A stretch of 64,000 bases of DNA from Blastocladiella emersonii ATCC 22665 (Eukaryota; Fungi; Blastocladiomycota). The stretch spans positions 1,860,001 to 1,924,000 of the forward strand of contig JANHCV010000006.1 of NCBI GenBank assembly GCA_025594325.1. Direction: 5' to 3'. Every line of letters starts with the position of its first letter. Position 1 is the stretch's first letter. Below are positions 1-10,813 of the stretch, one piece after another. A model generated the notes under the pieces. That model did not search any database. It was not told where the DNA came from and saw only the letters and a list, made by a program, of their open reading frames with translations. The translations under genes were made by a program, and so were the position numbers.

Positions 1-1
1 G

Positions 2-3000
2 ATGTCGGTGCCCGCCGACAAGAAGAAAAAAATGAACAAAAAGAAGAAACAAAACATGAATGATAAGAAGACTAATGGAAAATCTGTTGCTGCGTACTTT
101 GGTGCACTTGTGCGTCTAGAGATGGCGCAGGACCACCAGCACCTCGGCGGGCTCCTCGCGCATCCAGGGCTCCGCACGGCGCCGATCCCGACGTTCATGA
201 TGCTCGACACGGGCGCGCCGGTTAACCTGATCAGCCGCAGGGTGGCCGAGCAGGCCGGGCTCGTGCCGAAGCGCCTAGCGCGTCGCATCGACCTCCGCGG
301 TGTCGTCGGTTCCGCGCCGGGCCAGCGCCAGTACATCTCGCATTACGTGCACGCGGCCGTGTCCGTCACGTCGCCCGAGTTCCTGCACGCGGCGGTCGCG
401 GGATCCCAAACCGTGTTCGCGGACGGCGTCGTGCCTCCCGGCGACGCGTCCAAGCAGAAGCGCGTGGTGGGAGACGCGGGTCGCGCCATCGACATTCCGT
501 GCCTTCATTGCTCGGTCGCGCGCTTCCTCGTCGTCGACTCTCCCGCGTTTCCGGTGATCATGGGACTCGAATGGATGGTCGCGAACGGCGCGAAGCCGGA
601 TCCGCGCTCGGCCACGGTCGCGATTGACGGCGCGTGCACTGGTCGCTGCGGGTGCCCGCCCGCCCAGCGCGTCACGGTGGCCACGGTCGCACCGCGCGTC
701 GACCTCGACCCGCTCGCGTGGGACGAGGCACACGGCCCGCCCGAGGCGCCAGATGACGCGGCGCCGAAGCGCGTGCTGCCCGCCAAGTACCTCAAGTGGG
801 CGCACGTCTTCGATGCCGCCGCGGCGTCCGCGCTCCCGCCGCACCGACCGTACGACTGCGAGATCGAGCTCGTCGAGGGCGCCAAGGTGCCGTTCCTGCC
901 CGTCTACGCCCTGTCGCAGCCCGAACTCGAGGAGCTGCGCAAGACCATCGACGAGAACCTCGCGCGCGGCTTCATCCGCCCATCGCGGTCGCCAGCCGGC
1001 GCGCCGATCATGTTCGTGCCCAAGAAGGACGGGTCGCGCCGCATGTGTGTGGACTACCGCCGCCTCAACGCGCTGACGGTCAAGAACCGCTACGCGCTGC
1101 CGCTCATCGCGGAGCTCATGAACCAAGTGCAGGGCGCGCGCATCTTCACCAAGTTCGACCTGCGCGGCGCGTACAACCTGGTCCGCATCCGCGAGGGCGA
1201 CGAGTGGAAGACGGCGTTCCGCACGCGCTACGGACATTATGAATGGATGGTGATGCCGTTCGGGCTGACCAACGCGCCGGCCGCGTTCCAGGCGTTTGTC
1301 AACGACGTGTTCCGCGACCTGCTCGACCGCCGCGGCGTTCTCGTGTACCTGGACGACATCCTCATCTTCAGCGAGGACCCCGAAGAGCACACGGCGCTCG
1401 TCAAGGAGGTGCTGCAGCGGCTCGCCGACAACAAGCTGTACGTCAAGCTCGAGAAGTGCGAATTCGACGTGACGCGCGTCGAGTACCTCGGCCACATCCT
1501 GACCACCGAGGGCGTCGAGATGGACCCGGCCAAGGTCCGCGCCGTGACCGAGTGGCCCGCGCCACGGACGGTCAAGGAGGTGCAGGCGTTCCTGGGCCTC
1601 GCCAACTACTACCGCCGCTTCATCCCCGAGTTCTCGGAACTGACCATCCCGCTCACCCGTCTTACGCAGAAGGACACGCCGTGGCGGTGGGGCGACACCG
1701 AGGCGGCGGCCTTTGCGGCCATCAAGACGCGGTTCGCGTCCGACCAGTTCCTCGCGCACCCCGACCCCTCAAAACAGTTCATTGTCGAGGCCGACGCGTC
1801 CAACTTCGCCATTGGGTGCGTCCTGTCGCAGGTCGACAACGAGGGCACGCTGCGGCCGGTCGCGTTCCACTCGCGCGCGCTCAAGGCGGCGGAGCTGAAT
1901 TATCCCATCTTGGATAAGGAGCTGCTCGCCATCAAGGTCGCGTTCGAGATCTGGCGCCACCACCTCGAGGGCGCGCAGCACCCGGTCGAGGTGTACACGG
2001 ACCACAAGAACCTCGAGCACTTTCGCACCATGACGGTCGAGTCGCAGCGGCACGCGCGGTGGGCACTGTTCCTCGAGCGGTTTTCGTTCCGGTTCACGTA
2101 CCGGCCCGGCGCAATCAACGGGCGCGCCGACGCGCTGTCGCGCCGCGCCGACTACGAGCTGTTTGACAACCCGATGCTCGGCCGCGCTGTCGTTCCCGCG
2201 TCGGCGCTCACGGTGGCCGCCACGGCCGCGGCCAGCGCGCCGCTCGTCGCGGGCACGCAGGGCGACGACGTGCTCGCCGCGATTCGGGACGGCCTGGCGG
2301 AGGACGAGCTCGCGCAGTCGATGCAGCGGAACTCGGGCAAGCACCCGTCGCTCACCATGGACCTCGACGGCTTCGTTTGGCGAGACGACCGGCTGTACGT
2401 ACCGTCAGGCGTCGCGCGCACCCGGGTGATCGAGGAGGCGCACGCGACGCGTGTAGCCGGTCATTTCGGCGTCCAGCGCACCATCGAGAAGGTGTCGCGC
2501 TCGTACTGGTGGCCCGGGATGCGCAAGGTGATCGAGCGGTTCGTCAAGTCGTGCCTCACCTGCGCGCGGGCCAAGGTGCCGCGCCACCGGCCTGACGGCG
2601 AGCTGCAGCCGCTGCCCACGCCGCCGCGGCCATGGTCGTCGATCTCCATGGACTTCATCACGGACCTGCCGCGCAGCAAGGGTCACACCTGCATCATGGT
2701 CGTCGTCGATCGGTTCTCCAAGATGACGCACTTCATCCCGCTCGCCGCGCTCCCAACGGCCGCCACGACCGCCGACGCCTTCATCGAGCACGTGGTGCGG
2801 CCGCACGGGCTGCCCGACGACATCGTCTCGGACCGCGGGTCGCAGTTCACGTCGCGGTTCTGGTCGGCCATGTGCGAGTCGCTTGAGATCAAGGCCAAGC
2901 TCTCGACGGCGTACCACCCGCAGACCGACGGGCAGACCGAGCGCATGAACCAGACCCTCGAGGTGTACCTGCGCATGTTCGCCAACGAGGACCAGTCGAA

Positions 3001-3724
3001 CTGGGCCGAGCTGCTGCGGTACGCCGAGATGGCCATCAACAACACGGTCAACGAGTCAACGGGCATGTCGCCGTTCAAGGCCAACTACGCGTTTGACCCG
3101 CGGCTCTCGGCCGCGCCAGTTCGGTCGGATCGGGTCCCGTCAGCCGCCGCGCTGGCCGAGCGCATTGCCGACGTCCAGGGCAAGCTGCGCGAGAAGGTCG
3201 AGCGCGCCAAGGAGCTGTACAAGAAGCACGCTGACCGCCGCTGCCGCGAGGGCCCCGACTACAAGGTCGGCGACATGGTGCTGCTGAGCACCAAGAACCT
3301 GCGCGTCAACGTGCCCAAGGCCAAGCTCGGGCCCAAGTACACGGAGCCGCTCAAGATCGTGCGCCTCATCCGGAAATCGGCCGTCGAGCTCGAGCTGCCG
3401 CCGACCATGGCGCGCGTCCATCCCGTGTTCCACGTCTCGCTCATCAAGCCGATCGACGAGCACGACGAGGAGGCGTTCCCGGGCCGCGCGCTGCCGCCGC
3501 CAACGCCGTACGCCGTCAACGGGCACGAGGAGTGGACGGTCGAGGCGATCCGCGACGCGCGCAAGGTCAGCCGCAGCGTCGAGTACCTGCTCAAGTGGCA
3601 CGGCTGCCCCGAGGACGACAACACCTGGGAACCGTACGCGAACCTCAAGCACCTCGAGCTGCTCGCCGAGTTCCACGCGCAGAACCCGTCAAAACCCGAC
3701 CCGCGGAGGGGGAAGGGGAGATAG
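2..3724 (+). CDS. pol: Pol polyprotein: aspartic protease, reverse transcriptase, RNase H, integrase, chromodomain; 5' end open
   Basis: Protease LDTGA. RT VYLDDILIFS. RNase H EADASNFAIG / ELLAI / TDHKNL. Integrase HHCC (EAHATRVAGHFG...CLTC), D-D-E (SMDFI, VSDRGSQF, GQTERMNQ) and a GPY/F-like segment. C-terminal chromodomain EWTVEAIRD...EYLLKWHG...NTWEP. No stops or frameshifts over 1240 codons. Confidence 0.97.
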   Translation: MSVPADKKKKMNKKKKQNMNDKKTNGKSVAAYFGALVRLEMAQDHQHLGGLLAHPGLRTAPIPTFMMLDTGAPVNLISRRVAEQAGLVPKRLARRIDLRGVVGSAPGQRQYISHYVHAAVSVTSPEFLHAAVAGSQTVFADGVVPPGDASKQKRVVGDAGRAIDIPCLHCSVARFLVVDSPAFPVIMGLEWMVANGAKPDPRSATVAIDGACTGRCGCPPAQRVTVATVAPRVDLDPLAWDEAHGPPEAPDDAAPKRVLPAKYLKWAHVFDAAAASALPPHRPYDCEIELVEGAKVPFLPVYALSQPELEELRKTIDENLARGFIRPSRSPAGAPIMFVPKKDGSRRMCVDYRRLNALTVKNRYALPLIAELMNQVQGARIFTKFDLRGAYNLVRIREGDEWKTAFRTRYGHYEWMVMPFGLTNAPAAFQAFVNDVFRDLLDRRGVLVYLDDILIFSEDPEEHTALVKEVLQRLADNKLYVKLEKCEFDVTRVEYLGHILTTEGVEMDPAKVRAVTEWPAPRTVKEVQAFLGLANYYRRFIPEFSELTIPLTRLTQKDTPWRWGDTEAAAFAAIKTRFASDQFLAHPDPSKQFIVEADASNFAIGCVLSQVDNEGTLRPVAFHSRALKAAELNYPILDKELLAIKVAFEIWRHHLEGAQHPVEVYTDHKNLEHFRTMTVESQRHARWALFLERFSFRFTYRPGAINGRADALSRRADYELFDNPMLGRAVVPASALTVAATAAASAPLVAGTQGDDVLAAIRDGLAEDELAQSMQRNSGKHPSLTMDLDGFVWRDDRLYVPSGVARTRVIEEAHATRVAGHFGVQRTIEKVSRSYWWPGMRKVIERFVKSCLTCARAKVPRHRPDGELQPLPTPPRPWSSISMDFITDLPRSKGHTCIMVVVDRFSKMTHFIPLAALPTAATTADAFIEHVVRPHGLPDDIVSDRGSQFTSRFWSAMCESLEIKAKLSTAYHPQTDGQTERMNQTLEVYLRMFANEDQSNWAELLRYAEMAINNTVNESTGMSPFKANYAFDPRLSAAPVRSDRVPSAAALAERIADVQGKLREKVERAKELYKKHADRRCREGPDYKVGDMVLLSTKNLRVNVPKAKLGPKYTEPLKIVRLIRKSAVELELPPTMARVHPVFHVSLIKPIDEHDEEAFPGRALPPPTPYAVNGHEEWTVEAIRDARKVSRSVEYLLKWHGCPEDDNTWEPYANLKHLELLAEFHAQNPSKPDPRRGKGR
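3705..3721 (+). other. Polypurine tract (PPT) of the retrotransposon
   Basis: 17-nt purine run GGAGGGGGAAGGGGAGA, 3 nt before the LTR-like TGTCAC. It lies inside the last pol codons (RRGKGR). Confidence 0.85.
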
Positions 3725-3898
3725 TGTCACGGTTCAGTGATCCGACGGCTCGGGCTGGTGGCGCGGGCTGGTGGCGCAGTCCCTCATAAGCCGAGCGTTG
3801 CCCTCGCTCTCCCTCTCTCTTGTCATTCGTGATACAATCCTTCATTATCCGGCTAGTCATTCCTCGTGGCACAAGACCCTCCCCCTCGGCACCTTACA
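3725..3898 (+). repeat. 3' LTR (about 174 bp)
   Basis: Starts TGTCACGG directly after PPT+TAG and ends CCTTACA (TGT...ACA termini). Contains a 13-bp tandem duplication CGGGCTGGTGGCG at 3751-3776. The right end is inferred because the 5' LTR is not available for comparison. Confidence 0.72.
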
Positions 3899-5090
3899 TC
3901 GATGGCCCACCGTGCTCGTCCGTCAGCGTGGCCTTGACAAGTTTCGCCAATGCGGTCGTGTTCAGAAGACCCAGCGCGTCAAACCGAGCAAAGACGTGCA
4001 TATCAAGTTGTCTCGAAGACATGTCAAGCGCGAGAGCAAATTGGTCCACATCGCTTTCCTCCACCCCAACTTCGACCAAACGCGGTTCGAGCTCGATGAG
4101 CTTGAGGAGAACAGCTGGGGAGTCAGCCAGATGGGCAAAGATGTGCTCCTCCTTGATAATAATTCGTTCGTCCGTCCAAGACTCGCGAACGAGCCACTGG
4201 AGGACCTGAGCAGTATCAGAGATACCCTTGTTATCAAGCTTGTACTCGAATATAGATCGAAAGAGCTCCTTGCCAGCATCGTCGTTTTTGAAAACGGTGG
4301 CTATCCAGTCAAGCTTGAGGCCATTCGCAGGAAGATCGCGTAAAACATGCAGGGTCGGCAGGTGCCAGCTGAAGACCGAGTACAGGCCGCAAAACTCGAC
4401 AAACGTGGTCGTTGTCAGCCCCATGCTGTTTGGCGGGAATGATACGTGATCCACCATCAAATCAAACGAATGCCTCGTGAGCACGGCCCAAAACCCCAGC
4501 GAATACTTGAGCTGGAAGAAGTCGGGAATTTGCCGCATCGTTGCCGCCAAGAGCTGGGACAGCGACTGTGGATCGAGGCGAACCATAGCGTGGACGAGAA
4601 GCTGAATGAGCTTCCGGAGAGGCAAGCTCGCTTCCGAGCCATCGACAATCGAGTCCTTGAGCGTGGCGGCAAAGGTCTCCAAATCGGTTGCCCGATTGAG
4701 GAAAACTCGCGACGCCGCTGGCAGAATGTGATCGTGAAGTGCGAAGTAGAGCGAAAAGGCATAATTGTATCCGGGTTCTCCGGGTGCGACACGACGGTTT
4801 TGGCGCGCGTAGTCGTACTCGAGGAGCGCTCCGCTGTCAGATGGCCAATAGCACAGATAGTACTCGCGGACCCATCCGGGTGAAGGCGGCCCGTAATCAA
4901 GGATACGGCTGACCCAGATACGTTTCACGAGCGGAGATTGCGCAACGGCATGAAGATCGCGAGTCGCCGATCCGATGACGGTTTGAGGGCGAGCGAGCTG
5001 CAGGATCTGGGCAAGTATCTCGGCGGGGACCATAGAGAAGCCGCTGTGCTGATCGCGTTGCAGCGAGTCTATTTCATTAGTTTCGTTCAT
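3894..5090 (-). CDS. F-box-like protein, intronless, low GC, probably 3'-truncated by the LTR
   Basis: N-terminal FSMVPAEILAQILQLA...ATRDLHAVAQSPLVKRIW resembles an F-box. The stop codon (TAA, 3894-3896) lies inside the inferred LTR end. GC is about 50-55% by eye versus about 70% in host genes. Confidence 0.6.
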   Translation of the reverse strand: MNETNEIDSLQRDQHSGFSMVPAEILAQILQLARPQTVIGSATRDLHAVAQSPLVKRIWVSRILDYGPPSPGWVREYYLCYWPSDSGALLEYDYARQNRRVAPGEPGYNYAFSLYFALHDHILPAASRVFLNRATDLETFAATLKDSIVDGSEASLPLRKLIQLLVHAMVRLDPQSLSQLLAATMRQIPDFFQLKYSLGFWAVLTRHSFDLMVDHVSFPPNSMGLTTTTFVEFCGLYSVFSWHLPTLHVLRDLPANGLKLDWIATVFKNDDAGKELFRSIFEYKLDNKGISDTAQVLQWLVRESWTDERIIIKEEHIFAHLADSPAVLLKLIELEPRLVEVGVEESDVDQFALALDMSSRQLDMHVFARFDALGLLNTTALAKLVKATLTDEHGGPSM

Positions 5091-5325
5091 GGTTCATGGA
5101 TCGTGCGAGCTGAGCGGAGAGCAAACAATTATTTGCCGCGATCAAAGTATGCTGCCACGCACGTGAGTGGCGCAACGCGGCCTTCGCGGGCAGTGCGACC
5201 TCCCATTCAGCGGCTCGCTGACGCGCGGGCAATGACGATTACCCTGACACCATTTAAGATAAGAGCTCATTCGCAAAGTGTACACCCCAGTGTAGATATA
5301 TTCCGCGCCGTTCCCGCGCCGGCCA

Positions 5326-8300
5326 TCAGCTCTCCTCCTCTGGCGCCGTGTGCAGCGTGAGCCCGCCCGACTCGAGGAACCTGTTGATTTCGCCGAGCTC
5401 CTTGAGCATGGGCTGCGGGATGAGGTAGAGCAGAGTGGTGAGGGCGCGGGCCTCGCGCTGCAGCTTGCGGATCGCGAGCACAACGTACGCGGCGAGGCAC
5501 GCGCACGTTGCGAGGACGAGCGCGACGAACGTGAGGATGCACAGCGCCTGGCTCTGCGTGACGCGCTGGTTGAGCACGCCCTGGATCGCGCCGTCGACCA
5601 GACTGAGCCGCGCCGCAACGTCGTCGGTCAGCGTCATGAGCAGCAGCCACTTGCGGTACGCCTGGCTCGACGTGTCGCTCGCGTTGGTCGACGACAGGGC
5701 CATCAGGTCAACCACTTCGGACGCCACGTCGAGCATGCGCGACACCTCCGAGTTGAGCGGGAGACTCGCGATTGAGCGCGTGAAGTCAATGTCGGGTCGG
5801 TCGATGACGCCGTTGCAGCTGCTCGGCAGGGAGCAGTCGCGCGGAAGGATGGTGAACTCGGGAAGGAGCTGGTTCAGACCAGATGAGGAGGCGATGAGGC
5901 GGTTGTGCAAGTTTCCAATGTCGAGGATCGCGCCGCGAGCGTTACGAATCGTCGAGACTATTCACGGGCACAGGTCAGCGGAGAGCATCAACGAGGACGA
6001 CGGCAGAGGTAGTGGTGCGTACCCACGGAGAAGGTCATGTCGGGCGAGATGAACTCGCGCGTGTAGATGCGCAGCGTCGACGTGAAGAACCGACGATCTA
6101 CAGACGCGCGTGCGAGTGAGTGGGACACGATCATCAGCAAGGTCGCCCATAAGCGACGAGCGCGTACCGTTCGATGCGACCATGGTCTCCATAGTCGCCT
6201 GGAGCTGGATCGCCTGCAGCGTCATGGTGAACATGGCGATGGCGATCCCGGCGACAAGCACGAGCCAGCCCGCGAGCGCGATGCGGTACTTGGACTCGCG
6301 GCCACGGCCGAGCTTGCCGCCGCTGCTGCTATCGCCCGACCCGGCCGTCGTGGTCTTCATGTCCTTGTCAATCGACTCCGAGTCCTCGTTCTCGGTGACC
6401 TCGCGGAACGACTCGATCTCCTCCTCGACCTGCGTGAGGAGATTCGACGCGTTGCGCTTGGGGATGCCGAGGAGAAGGCGATGGACGCGGAGCTCGCCCG
6501 AGAAGTAGACGCGGAGAATCTACACGAGAGGGAGAGTGAGATTGTGCGGGTCATGCCACCCTTCGGGAAATGTACGCACCGCCCAGTAGTTGTAAACGAA
6601 GGTCGCGACGAGGAAGATCAGAGAGCAGGCCATGGCGACCATGATGACCGTGAGGTTCTGCGCGACGAGACGCCCGTAAGCTGCAACTCCTGCCTTTGGC
6701 ACGGCGTGAAGCGATAAGAGCAGGTTGGAAAGATTATCGGTCAGGAACCCTGGGAGACGTTTCGATGTGTCAGTAGTGATCGCGCTGTGAGAGGGAGCGA
6801 GATCGTAAGGCGTACACAGTTCGTTGACGGCGGCGAAGCTGGTCGCGTTGAGCGCGGCATATGGGTACGAGACAGCGAGGGTGCCGGCCTGCGCGACCGC
6901 CGTCACCGTGTCGATGGACGTCATGTCGAGCGCGACGTAGTTAGTCACGCCGGCCGTGAGCCGCGCGCCGTAGTAGCGGAGCAGCGTGTCGGTCGAGGTC
7001 GCGCTGCCGACGAGGATGGGCAGGTAGAGCTCGAGCAGGTCCTTGAGCGCCGTCGCGACAGCCGCGCGCGCTGCCGTGAACTGCGCCTGGTCGCGGATGA
7101 GGTTGGCGTAGACGATCAGGCGGATATTCTCGACGATGGAAGAGGCCGTGCGGCGCGAGTTCCTCGCCGTGAAAAAGGTGATGTTGAGGGCGTCGCTCGT
7201 CGAGGAGAAGAACTGGATGCACAGGATGAACCCGACGATGCACGCGGCGAGGAACAGCCCGTTGAGCATGGTGAGCGTCCACACGCCGTTGAGCGGGCGC
7301 GCGACGCGGTCCGTGAGAACCCGGCGCAGCTGCGCCTTCTGCCGCTGCACGCGCGACGCCGACGTGCCCGAGGTCTGCGACGCCGGGTGCGCCGTCGACA
7401 TGCGGAGCTGAACCATGTCGGGCGACAGCGGCGAGTGGTCGTTGCCGTTGGTGTTGGCGCTGGCGGGGAAGGTACCGGACTTGCCGCCCGCCGCGCCCGA
7501 GAAGAGGACCTGCGCGTGGGGCTCGCGATCCTGGTCACGGTCAGTGTCGATCTGGTCGCGGTCCTGGGCGTCGGACGCGACCGACATGGAGTCGGCCTCA
7601 CTCTCCCGGCGGCTCGGCGGGAGTATGAGCGCGGCCGTCGCCTTGATCGAGTCCATGTGGCCGGGGCCGCCGCCGTTCATGGGCCGACCGCGCGAGCCCG
7701 ACGCCTGCGGCGAGTTGGCGGTCCGCGCGCGAGATTCCTGGGCCTCGACTACAGTACGTGACTCGAACGTCAGCAACAATGTCAAAGCGCTCTACGAGCT
7801 GACGTACCTTCATCAGCGACCTCGAGGACCTGTGCAGCCTTGTTCGGGTCGGCGTCGACGGATGCGAGGAACTGGGCGTAGGCGCGGAGCAGGGTCTTGT
7901 CGCGGGGCATGCGCTCGATCATCTGCGTGTAGAGCAGGCGGCCGCGGGCCTGGAACTTGGCGAACCGCGAGATGAGCTTGGCGAGGCGGGCGGCCGGGGC
8001 GCCGGTGCGGATCGCCTCCCAGATGTCGCGGATCGCGTACTGCGCCTGCAGGTGCTGGACGCGGACCTCGATCGACAAACTCTCGGACGCGGCCGTGTCG
8101 AGAACGCGGTCCCCGCGCTCGTGCGTCGCGCGCTCGCGGACGTACAGGGCGTACTTGATGTCAACCGGAACGCTGCCGTGGCGGCCGCCCTGCAGCTCGG
8201 CGATGAGCTTGGTCGCGGCACGCTCGCCCTCCTCGCCGTAGTAGGCGCCCAGGTACGCGGCCGACAGGAGCAGCAGGAGCGGGTCCTTGGGGAACTCGAG

Positions 8301-10225
8301 CAGGCCTCGCTCGAGCAGCTGCAGCCCGAGGGCGATCTTCTTGGGCGTCGGGTTCTTTTCGCGAATGAATCGGATGCCTACACACGTTTCGATGTGTGTC
8401 AGTGTGGTCCTCGTGCTACGGAACGAAGTCGGGCGGGACGTACACATCTCGACCTGCAGGGGCGAGTCAAACACGCGGGTGCGGCGCTTGGGCTGGCGCT
8501 CCTTGATGGCGTTGAGCGCGTCCATGGACGACCCCTTGAGCATGCCCATGAGGACGCGGTCGGCCTCGCTGTGCTGGAACTGGTCCATGACGGCGAGCCG
8601 GAAGCTCGACTGGCGGACGAGCGGCTGCGCGGGCGCGTTGAGCAGGGCAAAGTTGGATGCGAGTGCGGTCGTCGTAGACCCGTCGACGGACGCGCGGCGG
8701 CGGCCCGAGGGCACCGCGCGCGGCACCGTGTCGACGTGCGGGACCAGATCGAACGTGTCGTTGGACCCGGCCACGTCCGTCACCACGGTCCGCAGCGGCG
8801 ACCGGCCGTGCGGGTTCGGGAGCGAGTCGTTCGTCTTGGTCGCGGGGCCGGCGGGTGGCGCCGCGCCGCCGGCTTGGGCTGGCTGCGCCGGTGCCGCGGA
8901 CGACGGGGCGGCGGCGGCCGCGTGCTGCTGGTGCGGCGGGTTGAGCGATGCGCGCCGGGTCATTGCGGGCGGCGTGGTCGACGACTGGCCGCCATGCGAC
9001 GATTGGCCGCCGTGCGAGTCGACGCCGCTGACGCCGCCGACACTGACACCCTCGTTCTCCTCGCGCGTGATGCGGTGCCACGAGTGGACGATGTGGTTGA
9101 GGAACCGGCGCTCGTAGTACCGGCACGCGGCGGCGCCGGCGGCGTAGGTCGCGGCGGACACGATGACGAGGATCGGCCACGCCTCGTTGTCCACGGCGAC
9201 GACGCGGATGATGCCCGCGGCGACAAGCGTCGATGCCGCGGCAATCGCGGACGCGCACCGGAACGTGTTGACGGTCGGCTCGTAGTAGGGCTGGGTGACG
9301 AGGGTGCGGAGCGCGAGGTGGCCCGTTGCGCCCACCATGAAGAGCAGGCTGAGCCAGGTCGCGGTCGGGCTCACGGTGAGGGCGAACACGTCCAGGATCA
9401 CAAACGACAGGCGCAAGCCGGCAGCCAGTGTGCTGGTGCCCGAGTGGGCCTGGGCGAGCGGGTACACGGACGTCGGGCTCGTGTCGATGAGCACAATGGA
9501 CGCGCCGAGCATGGTCGGGACGAATACGATGAGTGCGAGGCAGTTGAGCACGAGCAGCGGGGTGTGGACCGAGGCCACGCACGAGATGTTGTAGGGCGTC
9601 AGCGTGCCCGCGATACAGCGGATACCCGAGAAGAGGACGTAGAGGATGGGCATGGCGAGGACCGACGTGGTCGCGAACAGGACCCCGCGGAGCACCCGCA
9701 CGGCGGCGGGCGGAACACGGGCCTGGACATGGAGCATGACGCCGAGCAGCGCCGCGGCGAAGGCCGGGGTGAACACGAGGACGAGAGCTACAAGGGAAAG
9801 GGAACGTTGAGTGGTCAGTTTGACACACGCCCGGGTCGCGGGCAGATCCGCGTACCGATAGTGTTCGCGACAACGAACGTCGAGTAGTCGACGAACGCGA
9901 AGCGGATGGGCTGGAGCACCGAGGCCGCAATGAACGGCAGACTGGGCAGGATCTGCGCGTTGAAGGCGAACCCGAGCCACATGATCTCCTCGACGAGGGT
10001 GGCGAGCCAGACGAACCAGCGCGGGGGCTCGCGCGCGCGCATGGTCGCGTACGCGACCGAGAAGACGGCGCGCTCGGCGGGCGACATGGGCATGGCGCGG
10101 CGCAGCGGGTGGTTGTTGCCGTCGCGGCGCGTGCCGGCCGACGCCGACGACGGCATGGGACCGGCACCGGCGCCGGCGCCGTGGCCGTGGCCGTGGCTGT
10201 CGGCGGGTCCGCTTGCCCGTTGCAT
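5326..10225 (-). CDS. TmcB/TmcC-like (tiny macrocyst protein family) multi-pass membrane protein, multi-exon
   Basis: N-terminal multi-TM block. TPR-like region (QVEMCIRFIR...IKYALYVRER...LYTQMIERMPRDKTLLRAYAQFLASVDADPNKAAQVL). Two further TM/extracellular modules. C-terminal REARALTTLLYLIPQPMLKEL...FLESGG. Several GT-AG introns rebuilt in frame (for example acceptor at 9788). Confidence 0.7.
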
Positions 10226-10813
10226 GGTACGGTGCGGTGGGTGGGTGTGCGAAGTGGTATGCTTGAGGCCGGTCGGTTGCTGCGAGTCGCTCCGATCACC
10301 CTCGTACGAGAGAGGCAGGCCACTGGATCTCGAACCGCGAGATTAGGGACGCGTGCCGGGCACAGCGCGCGCGGGGACCCAAGCAGACGCGCCTTTCCCT
10401 TCCCGACGCGGTGGGAACGCGCGCACGCGCGGGTCGGCTCGCTTCTGACGCCGGCTGCCTCCCGCCCCCTGCCCCCGCCGCGGCGTGCAGACATGGGCGT
10501 GGAAATAACGGGTGCGCCGTGACGGAACATGCGTCATCGTCTCCCGCGCGACGCGTCGCGTCTCGAGTTGGGCGCCGCGCACGTGCGTGGCGCAACGCGT
10601 TTTTCTCTGCCCATCGGCGCAGCTTCTCGTCTGTCCCGATTCAGTGCGCCGCCAGTCGGTGGAGACGCGTCGGGGAGACACTCCGCGGAGTCGAGACGAG
10701 ACGTCGGCGAAAAAAACGAACGCTGGATATATTCCCCCTTCGCGAGGTGGGTTGCATGGCAAAAGCGGACGGATCACACACTCCAAAACAAACGCAAAGC
10801 AAATCAAAGCAAA

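Larger units (their letters stand above)
1..3898 (+). mobile_element. Ty3/Gypsy LTR retrotransposon, chromovirus type; 3' part only (gag and 5' LTR lie upstream of the window)
   Basis: Domain order PR-RT-RH-IN-chromodomain in one uninterrupted ORF, followed by a polypurine tract and a TG...CA LTR. Confidence 0.95.

Noticed and set aside
3753-3773. Two GCTGGTGG octamers (E. coli Chi sequence) in the LTR
   Set aside because: They arise from a 13-bp tandem duplication in a GC-rich eukaryotic LTR, and Chi has no meaning here.
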